In this document: positions 7,799-15,239 of the stretch, one piece after another | Layout of the letters: each line of letters begins with the position of its first letter | How positions within the stretch are numbered: position 1 is the first letter of the stretch | Assembly (NCBI GenBank): GCA_043812915.1 | Contig: JBDRLQ010000009.1 | Coordinates: 1-23,930 of the forward strand | Reading direction: 5' to 3' | DNA length: 23,930 bases | From: Candidatus Micrarchaeota archaeon | GTDB lineage: Archaea > Micrarchaeota > Micrarchaeia > Anstonellales > Bilamarchaeaceae | Notes under the pieces: generated by a model | The model's database searches: none | Told to the model about the DNA's origin: nothing | What the model saw: the letters and a program-made list of their open reading frames with translations, nothing else | Made by a program: the position numbers and the translations under genes

Positions 7799-8752
7799 TC
7801 ATTTTTTCTCTTCCTTTGCCTCGGTGGCCTCCGGAGCGGGAGCATCACTTCCCTTCTCCTTGGCCTCTGGAGCGGCAGGTTCTGCCGCCTTTTCCGCAGG
7901 CTCCAAGCCCGAGAGAGCCAATCCCTGCCTTAGGGCAGAGGTGAGAAGCTGCTCAGCCGTGCTTGATGAGTATATTCCGGCATTCAGTGCCAGGTTCATG
8001 GACTGCATAACCGCCTTCTGCAGGAGAATCTCTGAGTTGCCTGCAGTCGGGTAGTTCGCGTTGAGCGACATGTTGAGCGCGTCCATATAAGACGCAAGCA
8101 GGTCGCCCGTGATGGTATCCCCGATGTCCAGGATTTCCCTGGCATAAGAGTACTGTCCGTCGAACGCGAACATCAGGTTCGCCATGACCTCGAAGGGCAT
8201 GACGTTGAGCGAGGTCAGCGCCTTTACCTTGGCCAGGGTAATCTCTTCCCCTGCCTTGGCTACTGTGCTGTTCTTTGCAACAACAATCTTTCCGCCCTTA
8301 ATCTGGACGTTGACGCCTCCTGCCTTCAGTTCGGACAGCGCCGGGCCAGGCGGAAGGTCAGTATCACCCTCCGGAACGATGATGTCAAAGGGCGCGATGT
8401 CCCCCACCTTGGCTGCCCTCTTCTTCCTGTTCTTCTTAAAGAAGGAATTCAGCTCATAAGGCGACCATTTGGTCATGATAAACGCCATCGGCCTCTCAGA
8501 TAGGGAGAGCTTCTCAGATAGCTTCGCATTGCTCTGGAGCACCCTCATAAGGACAGGCTTTTTCAGAATCTTCACCTTGCCCCCGTCTTCCCTGATTTTC
8601 TTCCTCAGTTTCTGGAGTAGCGAGTCTGGAAGCTTGTGGAGCTCCACCATCGCTATGGTCGGGTAATCCTTCATCTGGGCGATGGTGTCCTCGACATCCT
8701 TTATCTTCCTCTTAATTGTTTCCCTTTCAATATCAACTTTGTAATCCGTCAT
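7799..8752 (-). CDS. rpl10: 50S ribosomal protein uL10 (P0)
   Basis: AKVGDIAP and GDTDLPPGP motifs, three C-terminal spine helices, position between rpl1 and rpl12. ATG 8752 follows GGTGA. Confidence 0.95.
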   Translation of the reverse strand: MTDYKVDIERETIKRKIKDVEDTIAQMKDYPTIAMVELHKLPDSLLQKLRKKIREDGGKVKILKKPVLMRVLQSNAKLSEKLSLSERPMAFIMTKWSPYELNSFFKKNRKKRAAKVGDIAPFDIIVPEGDTDLPPGPALSELKAGGVNVQIKGGKIVVAKNSTVAKAGEEITLAKVKALTSLNVMPFEVMANLMFAFDGQYSYAREILDIGDTITGDLLASYMDALNMSLNANYPTAGNSEILLQKAVMQSMNLALNAGIYSSSTAEQLLTSALRQGLALSGLEPAEKAAEPAAPEAKEKGSDAPAPEATEAKEEKK

Positions 8753-8763
8753 GATAATCACCT

Positions 8764-9393
8764 TTAGACCCTCACAGACGCTCCCATCGTCAGCTTGACG
8801 TACACCGACTTGATGTTCCCTTCGCTCACCTTGGCCTTCACAGCATCATAGACCGTCTCAGCGTTCTCGGTCAGGTCATCTGCGCTCATGTTCTCGGCTC
8901 CGATAAGGGCCTGGGCCACCGGCAGGTACTTCCCCTTGGACACAATCCTCACAGATTTCCTGGAGTGGTCCAGCAGGGATGCGACTCTGCCTACAATCGG
9001 CTTTGGCAGCTTACCTCTCTTACCAAGGTACTGACCAAGTGATTTGGCCACCTGCCCCATCAAATTGGGCTGCGCAAGAAGGACATAGTTCTTTGCAAGG
9101 TCCTTGAGCTTTGCCGGCTGGGCGTATGATGCGATGTCGTCAGGTGAGATAATCAGGTCCGCGCCCGCCTTCTTCGCTTCATCAGCGATTGCACCTTCGG
9201 CAATTACCGCGACCTTCTGCTCTTTCCCCCCCTTGCCTCTAGGAAGGATAATGTCGAGGTTGAGCCTGTTCTCGCTCTTGGCAAAGTCGATGCCCCGCAT
9301 GTTCACTATCAGTTCCACGCTCTGGACGAATTTCTTCTTACCTTTGCCCTCAAGCGATTTTTCTATAGCTTCTGTTAATTTGTTTCTTTCCAT
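8764..9393 (-). CDS. rpl1: 50S ribosomal protein uL1
   Basis: KKFVQSVELIVN, LGQYLGKRGKLP and YVKLTMG motifs. Confidence 0.96.
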   Translation of the reverse strand: MERNKLTEAIEKSLEGKGKKKFVQSVELIVNMRGIDFAKSENRLNLDIILPRGKGGKEQKVAVIAEGAIADEAKKAGADLIISPDDIASYAQPAKLKDLAKNYVLLAQPNLMGQVAKSLGQYLGKRGKLPKPIVGRVASLLDHSRKSVRIVSKGKYLPVAQALIGAENMSADDLTENAETVYDAVKAKVSEGNIKSVYVKLTMGASVRV

Positions 9394-9401
9394 AGAATCT
9401 G

Positions 9402-9433
9402 CCCTCCTACTCGCACTGAGTAGTTGTTACGGG
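9402..9433 (-). promoter_or_regulatory. Putative L1-binding translational operator in the rpl1 5'UTR
   Basis: Minus strand CCC-GTAACAA-CTACTC-AGTGC-GAGTAG-GA-GGG forms two helices flanking an asymmetric loop and includes the SD AGGAGG. Confidence 0.55.
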
Positions 9434-9458
9434 TGAGAGAATATAGATATAAAGAGGG

Positions 9459-9467
9459 TTTTATAAA
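9459..9467 (-). promoter_or_regulatory. TATA box (TTTATAAAA) for rpl1-rpl10-rpl12
   Basis: About 25 nt upstream of the structured leader. Confidence 0.6.
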
Positions 9468-9686
9468 GCTTATCTCCTCGGTCCCTCTGGCTTGTTTTTC
9501 CCTTTCAGCTCCATCCGTGCGCTCCTTTCAAGTCCTGGACTATCTGGAAGCTCGGCACAAGCCCGTCAAGAGCCCTGATTGCGGCTCTTCTGCTGTCGCC
9601 CTCCTGTCGTAGCTGGTTTGGAGCGCATTCCGGTTTTTCCTGAGCTGGGCTCGGGGTTGTGACATGAAAACACCAAGGATTAGTGA

Positions 9687-9800
9687 CTAGAGCTCGCCCA
9701 CTCTCCTCTTCATCTTCTTTTTGAGCCTCTTGCGCTTCTTCTTAACCCATTTCCAGCGCATTCGGTTCTTCTTTTTCCATTTTCTCGGTTTTGAACCCAT
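9687..9800 (-). CDS. rpl41e: Ribosomal protein L41e (eL41/eS32), 37-aa extended archaeal form
   Basis: Not in the ORF track. Translation MGSKPRKWKKKNRMRWKWVKKKRKRLKKKMKRRVGEL contains the MRWKWxKK...RLK core. GAGGG RBS upstream. Confidence 0.9.
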   Translation of the reverse strand: MGSKPRKWKKKNRMRWKWVKKKRKRLKKKMKRRVGEL

Positions 9801-9852
9801 TAGTATCCCTCAACTTTTGAAACTTAAGAAGTCAGTATCAAATCTTTGTACG

Positions 9853-10344
9853 TTATGGTTTTTTATTTGTTTGTTTGAGCAGAGCCTCGACATTCCCGAA
9901 TATTCTGGTGATGTTCATCCAGTGGCCGCCCCTCCAGTATGCCTTGCCGCACATGCAGCATATCCAGTACTCATTATTATTCTCATATGTCTTTTCCGGG
10001 ATCTTGCCTCTCATCTCTTCCTTGCCTGCAACGTCCAGCAGGCTGCCGCAGGCGGGGCATCTTGTCCTATCCGGGAAGCTCAATTCGAGATCCAGTTCTG
10101 AGACAACCTGGGCAATCTGCTCTTCCAGGCTGCCGTTCTTTATTAATACTGTCCTGACGCCCTCCTTTGTGCACCTCCTGGAGAGCGCCTCATCCTTTGT
10201 TATCAGGGTGTAGCCCTCATCCCTGTCAATCTCAAGCAGCTCATCATCACCTCTGCCCTTCTCGTACCTGCAGTCAAGTCCGAAAATCCGCAGCCATGTG
10301 CAGGGGCGTTTTAGCATCTCGTCAAAGAGGAGCTTCTTTTCCAT
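9853..10344 (-). CDS. Mut7-C RNase domain protein (PIN fold plus Zn ribbon)
   Basis: DEML...WLRIFGLD, DDEL, LITKD, RCPAC and CMCGKAYWRGGHW motifs. Confidence 0.9.
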   Translation of the reverse strand: MEKKLLFDEMLKRPCTWLRIFGLDCRYEKGRGDDELLEIDRDEGYTLITKDEALSRRCTKEGVRTVLIKNGSLEEQIAQVVSELDLELSFPDRTRCPACGSLLDVAGKEEMRGKIPEKTYENNNEYWICCMCGKAYWRGGHWMNITRIFGNVEALLKQTNKKP

Positions 10345-10366
10345 GCAAAGAATTCGATTTCACCAA

Positions 10367-11743
10367 TTATATCCCTTCCTCTTCCGGCGGGGGAGTCGCG
10401 TGCGGGATTCTATCCGGGTTGGCCAGCGCAATCTCATCGACCATGTCTTTTATCTGCTGCTCATCGAAGATTACGATATCCTCCACGTCCCTCCTCGATA
10501 GCTTCACTAGGCCGAAAAAATCAACTGCTGCCTGCAATGTGCCGAACATCCGCTTAACTTCGATGGTGATTTCGTCCTCATATCCTTTGCTTCTGCGGCT
10601 GTTATCATCAAATTTTCCATAGCTCTTTTCGAAATATCTATTCTCCATAAGGATTCTTGCCCACTCCCGGATGTATTCGGATACGCAGAATCCGCCGACA
10701 GTGTCCATCTCCATTGCCATCTCATGCATCTTCCGGACCGTCTCAAGAAGATGCTTGAAAATGGTGGCCCTTCGGTTCCACTGGTAGTCCTCCTCTGGCT
10801 CGAAGTCATTGAACGCGCGCTGCTCAAGGCCCTGCTCAAGCACTTCCTGCAGCCTGGCAAAGCTTTTGATTGCCCTCTCCTGCCCAACCCTCAGCTCAGG
10901 GGATGCAGCTTTCCTGACTTCAAGTGCATACATTCCAAGCTGTGGTTTCCACCCCTCGCTATTCGAATAAAAATCATCAAAGGAGTCCAGCTTGATTGGC
11001 ACACCCGCCTTTCTCAAGGCGATTTTTTCGCTAAGCTGCACATATGCCTCAAGCCGCTGCCTGAGGCTCACACCATAGAGTTCCCAGGATTGGGCAAATG
11101 TCCTGCAGAAGATGTGCTTGGCCATGAATTCGTGGGCATACGATCTGGCATCATGGAACATGCTGAACTGCATCCTATCCCTGGAAGTGCATGCGCTGGC
11201 ATAGAAATCCTTGATTGTCTTGTCCAGGAAAAGGAACATGGCTGCTTTTTTGAGCCATTCTTCCCTCTCCATCATTTCCATAGCGCGCCATTCTTCAATG
11301 CTTTCATCCCCTTTCATGATTGGCATGTTGTCCGCGCTATCGAGCCCGCGCAGCGTATTCTCGCTTACCCTTCTTTGGTGCTGTACTATCGCGAATTCAA
11401 ATGTGAGGATCTGCCTCTTGAGGACTTCGAACATTTCCATGGCCGCCTGTTCCCCCTTCCTGACCTCCAGGCTTGCATCCTCATCTTTTTCTGGAAGCAT
11501 GAGTTCCCTTCTTTTTGCATCCCTGGCTGCCATCAGGTCAAGGGCAAAGCTGCCAGCATCATCCATTTCTACGCTATCCGGATGCCGTTCATCACCGACA
11601 ATTTCTGGCGGCTCGCTGCTCGTGTGCCTTTTCCTGAAGCCCGAACCCCTGCCAGGGGGCTGTGAGCTGCTTCTGGCCCTTGGCAGCGGCGTCTCTGCGC
11701 GCAGCAGCTTTTGTGCTTTCTCCCCCTTCTTCTCACTAGCCAT
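10367..11743 (-). CDS. Hypothetical protein (orphan; disordered N-terminus, helical body)
   Basis: Long ORF filling the gap. ATG 11743 (MASEKK) lies about 25 nt below a TTTAAATA box. No recognised motif. Confidence 0.65.
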   Translation of the reverse strand: MASEKKGEKAQKLLRAETPLPRARSSSQPPGRGSGFRKRHTSSEPPEIVGDERHPDSVEMDDAGSFALDLMAARDAKRRELMLPEKDEDASLEVRKGEQAAMEMFEVLKRQILTFEFAIVQHQRRVSENTLRGLDSADNMPIMKGDESIEEWRAMEMMEREEWLKKAAMFLFLDKTIKDFYASACTSRDRMQFSMFHDARSYAHEFMAKHIFCRTFAQSWELYGVSLRQRLEAYVQLSEKIALRKAGVPIKLDSFDDFYSNSEGWKPQLGMYALEVRKAASPELRVGQERAIKSFARLQEVLEQGLEQRAFNDFEPEEDYQWNRRATIFKHLLETVRKMHEMAMEMDTVGGFCVSEYIREWARILMENRYFEKSYGKFDDNSRRSKGYEDEITIEVKRMFGTLQAAVDFFGLVKLSRRDVEDIVIFDEQQIKDMVDEIALANPDRIPHATPPPEEEGI

Positions 11744-11846
11744 TAGGATAGATATCCATGCATTATATTTAAAAAAAGAACACAAAAAAGGATGTTTCTG
11801 ATAATGGCTAAAAGAGTTTTAGAAAATGAAAATACAGAGAAGATAA

Positions 11847-12152
11847 TCAGCCCAGCGAGATTTTCACGAACACATTTGTGGGAACCTTTATCCTTAGAAT
11901 CTGCTTGATATATTTCTCATCCCCGACAATGTCCACGAGCCTCTTGGAGACGCGCTTCTCATAGTGCTCATATGTTCCGGTTCCGTCGCCGCATGGCGTC
12001 CTTCTGGTGGCTATTTCAAGCTTTCGCCTGGGCAGCCTGACCGGGCCGATGAATCTCATGTTGAGAGTGCTTGCGAGATCCTTTATCTGGTTAACGACGT
12101 TGTCCAGCGATCCGGGATCCTCGCCGCTCAGCTTTATTCTTACCTTTGTCAT
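11847..12152 (-). CDS. rps10: 30S ribosomal protein uS10
   Basis: RIKLSG, GPVRLP and TRRTPCGDGT motifs. Confidence 0.95.
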   Translation of the reverse strand: MTKVRIKLSGEDPGSLDNVVNQIKDLASTLNMRFIGPVRLPRRKLEIATRRTPCGDGTGTYEHYEKRVSKRLVDIVGDEKYIKQILRIKVPTNVFVKISLG

Positions 12153-12332
12153 TATGATACCTCATAAAACTTGAATGCAGGCTTTAAGTTGTCCACAAAG
12201 ATTTTAAACGGTTTGCGAACGGCCATGCCATGGATTCTTCCTCTGCACATGCAGGCGCCGGGTCACGCTTTTAAACTTTGGCGAAGATAGGCTTTCCTAG
12301 TTCTCGAAAAAAATGCAGAGAGGTATGAGGAT

Positions 12333-13229
12333 ATGCAGCATGTGTTGGGAATAAAGGAAATGCCGGAAGAATTGATGAGGAAGGTTGTTGGAAGCGCCAT
12401 GGCCCTGAGGAAAGAGGGCGACAGGGCAAGGGAAGACCTCAAGGGAAAGGTGCTCATATCATTGTATGAGAAGCCGTCCACCAGGACGAGGCTATCTTTC
12501 GAGACCGCGATGCAGAATGCGGGCGGCCACTCAATCGTGATGGACTTCAAGGGCTCCCAGATTTCACGCGGCGAGACGATGGCCGATACCTCGAGGGTGC
12601 TTTCAAGGTACTGTGACGTTATCAGCGCGAGGCTGAATCGGCAGACCGACCTTGAGGAGATTGCGAAATATGCTAGCGTCCCGGTAATCAACGCGCTAAC
12701 TGACAAGGAGCACCCCTGCCAGGCCCTGGCTGATATGCAGACCATCATCGAGTACGGGAAGCAGGGTGGCAAGCTCGTTTATATGGGCGATACTGCCAAC
12801 AATGTCGCAAACTCGCTCATGCTCATTGCGGCAAGGTATGGGATGCACGTCGTGCTATGTGGTCCGCAGGGCTACCAGCCCCAGGCCGAGTACCTTGAAG
12901 AGGCGCAGAAGACCGGCGCGAAAGTGGAAGTGACAACTGACATCGCGCATGCGATGAAGGATGCGGACGTAATCTACACCGATGTCTGGGTTTCCATGGG
13001 GGACGAGGCGGAGAAGGAGAAACGAATGAACGACCTTCGGCCCTACCAGGTCAATGGCGGGCTGCTCAAGATGGCAAAGCCCGATGCAATTGTGCTTCAC
13101 TGCCTTCCTGCCCACAGGGGAGATGAAATCACCGATGAGGTGATGGACGGGAAGCAGGCCGCTGTCTGGGATCAGGCCGAAAATCGCATGTGGGCCCAGG
13201 AAGCCCTCATCCTGGAGCTGCTCAAATAG
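12333..13229 (+). CDS. argF: Ornithine carbamoyltransferase
   Basis: STRT, HPCQALAD, DVWVSMG, HCLP and QAENR motifs. SMG and HCLP identify OTCase rather than ATCase. Confidence 0.95.
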   Translation: MQHVLGIKEMPEELMRKVVGSAMALRKEGDRAREDLKGKVLISLYEKPSTRTRLSFETAMQNAGGHSIVMDFKGSQISRGETMADTSRVLSRYCDVISARLNRQTDLEEIAKYASVPVINALTDKEHPCQALADMQTIIEYGKQGGKLVYMGDTANNVANSLMLIAARYGMHVVLCGPQGYQPQAEYLEEAQKTGAKVEVTTDIAHAMKDADVIYTDVWVSMGDEAEKEKRMNDLRPYQVNGGLLKMAKPDAIVLHCLPAHRGDEITDEVMDGKQAAVWDQAENRMWAQEALILELLK

Positions 13230-13270
13230 CTCCATCCTTTTTTATTTCTTGACTTCTTTCTTCTTCTCCG
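13230..13270 (+). terminator. Pyrimidine/oligo-U tract after argF (possible terminator or attenuator)
   Basis: CCTTTTTTATTTCTTGACTTCTTTCTTCTTC directly follows the stop. Confidence 0.35.
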
Positions 13271-13280
13271 GTGCTTTCTG

Positions 13281-14153
13281 ATGCTCAAACTGAATTATCT
13301 CCTGCTCGCCGCGGCAGCTTTCGGCTTCCTCTTTCCCGGGCCAGGAGTGCTGGCAACCGATCTAATCCTCCCCTTCCTTGCCGGCTCGCTTTTCTTCTCG
13401 CTCATCAATTCGCAGCAGGTATGCTCATTCCGGCTTCCTGGAATCAGGGAACTCATCCCAGGGTTCCTGTACAATTACCTCTTCCTTTCAATGGTTCTTA
13501 TCATCTTCGCCTTTGCCCTGCCCGAAGGGCTGCGCGAGGGTCTGATACTGTACGCAATCTGCCCGCCGGCAATAGGAATGATAGTAATCAGCAAGGCATG
13601 GGGCGGCAATTTCAGGAACGTCTTCGGATTCCAGATAGCCTCCTATTCGGCTAGCATCCTGTTAATCCCTGCAGTATCCATCTTCCTTTTCGGGGAGGCT
13701 TTCGATGCCCTGCTGCTGCTCAAAACCCTCATCCTTGTCTTCGGGCTGCCGGCGCTGCTCACCTGCTTCATAAAGATGAAGAACACCGACCTGGCAGCAG
13801 ACCTTGCCAACATCCTTCTCGCGCTGGTGTTCTATGTATCCCTCTCAGTTGCGCGCGAGTCAATAGTCAACGGCCTCTCAGAGCTCGCCCTGGTCTCATT
13901 AGCGCTTTTCGTCCTTTCCCTGGTTCCCGCGCTGTACCTGGTGAAAAAGAAGGAGCCTGATGCCGCGCTGTACTCCTTCATGAAGAATGGGGGCGTTGCC
14001 GCTGGGCTTTCGATATTCTTCCTGGGTCCGGAATCCACGCTGCTAATATCAATCAAAATCCTGATTGACCTGTTTGTCATCATCCTGGCAGGGAGATTGG
14101 TTCAGGCAAAGGAGGGCAGCATTAAAAAGTCTCGCTGGGATATCAAGTCCTAG
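13281..14153 (+). CDS. Polytopic membrane transporter, divergent BASS/SBF-like
   Basis: About 9-10 hydrophobic helices. ICPPA and MKNGGVA resemble the BASS crossover motifs (CP.. and xQN.xA). Confidence 0.6.
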   Translation: MLKLNYLLLAAAAFGFLFPGPGVLATDLILPFLAGSLFFSLINSQQVCSFRLPGIRELIPGFLYNYLFLSMVLIIFAFALPEGLREGLILYAICPPAIGMIVISKAWGGNFRNVFGFQIASYSASILLIPAVSIFLFGEAFDALLLLKTLILVFGLPALLTCFIKMKNTDLAADLANILLALVFYVSLSVARESIVNGLSELALVSLALFVLSLVPALYLVKKKEPDAALYSFMKNGGVAAGLSIFFLGPESTLLISIKILIDLFVIILAGRLVQAKEGSIKKSRWDIKS

Positions 14154-14159
14154 TTCTAA

Positions 14160-15239
14160 ATGAAAGCTGAAAAACTGAAGGCAGCATTGGTGCTGCGGGA
14201 CGGAACCGTTTTGCACGGGGAAGGCTTCGGAGCTGCTGCCATCTCCCAGGGGGAGCTTGTTTTCAATACCTCAATGACCGGCTACCAGGAGACCCTGACC
14301 GACCCCAGCTACGCCGGCCAGATTCTGCTGATGACAAATCCCCTAATCGGGAACTATGGCATAAATGAGAAGGATTTCGAGAGCGGAAAGGCGCACGTTT
14401 CCGGATTCGCGCTAAGGAACCTTTCCCCGGATTACTCCCACCGCGAGGCGGTTAAAAGCGTTGATGGCTTCCTGAAGGATTATGGCATTCCAGGAATAAC
14501 AGGGATAGACACCCGTTTCCTTGTGCGGAAAATACGTTCTTTTGGGGTGATGCCTGCCGCGCTTGCCGCTTATGAAGGGGAATTCGATTTTGAAAAACTG
14601 AAGCCTGATTTCGATTACTCGTCAGAGAACTTTGTGGAGAAGGTCACAATCAGGGAGCCGCAAACCTTCGGGAAGGGGAAACTCCGGGTGGCGCTGGTCG
14701 ATTACGGGGTGAAAAGAGGCATTATTGATGGGCTTGTGTCCAGGGGCGCTGAAGTGGTTGTGCTCCCGGCGCACGCTTCGGCGGAGCTGATAAAATCCTT
14801 TGAGCCCTCAGGAATCCTGCTCTCCAACGGGCCCGGGGACCCTGCGATGCTAACCCACGCGCACAGGATTATACGCGGGCTGGACGGCTATCCGATATTC
14901 GGAATCTGCCTGGGCAACCAGCTGCTCGCGCACGCTTTCGGAGGATGCACTTACAAGCTGAAGTTCGGGCACCGGGGCTCCAACCATCCAGTTTTGGATA
15001 AGCAGACTGGGAGGGTGGCCATAACCACGCAGAACCACGGCTTCGCAGTTGACGCTAAGAGCCTGCCTGATGATTTCGAAATAACCCACACCAACCTGAA
15101 CGATGGCACAGTTGAGGGGATGCGGCACAAGGACAAACCCATCTTCTCCGTGCAGTACCATCCGGAGGCCAATCCCGGGCCCCACGACTCGAAGTGCCTG
15201 TTTGACAAGTTCATAAAGCTCATGGAGGGAAACCGATGA
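14160..15239 (+). CDS. carA: Carbamoyl-phosphate synthase small subunit
   Basis: GELVFNTSMTGYQE, SNGPGDP, GICLG (catalytic Cys) and QYHPEA motifs. Confidence 0.97.
   Translation: MKAEKLKAALVLRDGTVLHGEGFGAAAISQGELVFNTSMTGYQETLTDPSYAGQILLMTNPLIGNYGINEKDFESGKAHVSGFALRNLSPDYSHREAVKSVDGFLKDYGIPGITGIDTRFLVRKIRSFGVMPAALAAYEGEFDFEKLKPDFDYSSENFVEKVTIREPQTFGKGKLRVALVDYGVKRGIIDGLVSRGAEVVVLPAHASAELIKSFEPSGILLSNGPGDPAMLTHAHRIIRGLDGYPIFGICLGNQLLAHAFGGCTYKLKFGHRGSNHPVLDKQTGRVAITTQNHGFAVDAKSLPDDFEITHTNLNDGTVEGMRHKDKPIFSVQYHPEANPGPHDSKCLFDKFIKLMEGNR

Noticed and set aside
10724..11665. 313-aa + strand ORF and the many other antisense ORFs in the track
   Set aside because: They lie opposite longer or motif-supported genes, have shadow-like composition and show no motifs.
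13227..13283. argF and the transporter are in frame, separated by one TAG and 17 sense codons (possible amber readthrough fusion)
   Set aside because: argF ends at its normal length, pyrimidine-rich spacers rarely contain stops, TAG is used as a normal stop by other genes here, and no pyrrolysine genes are seen.
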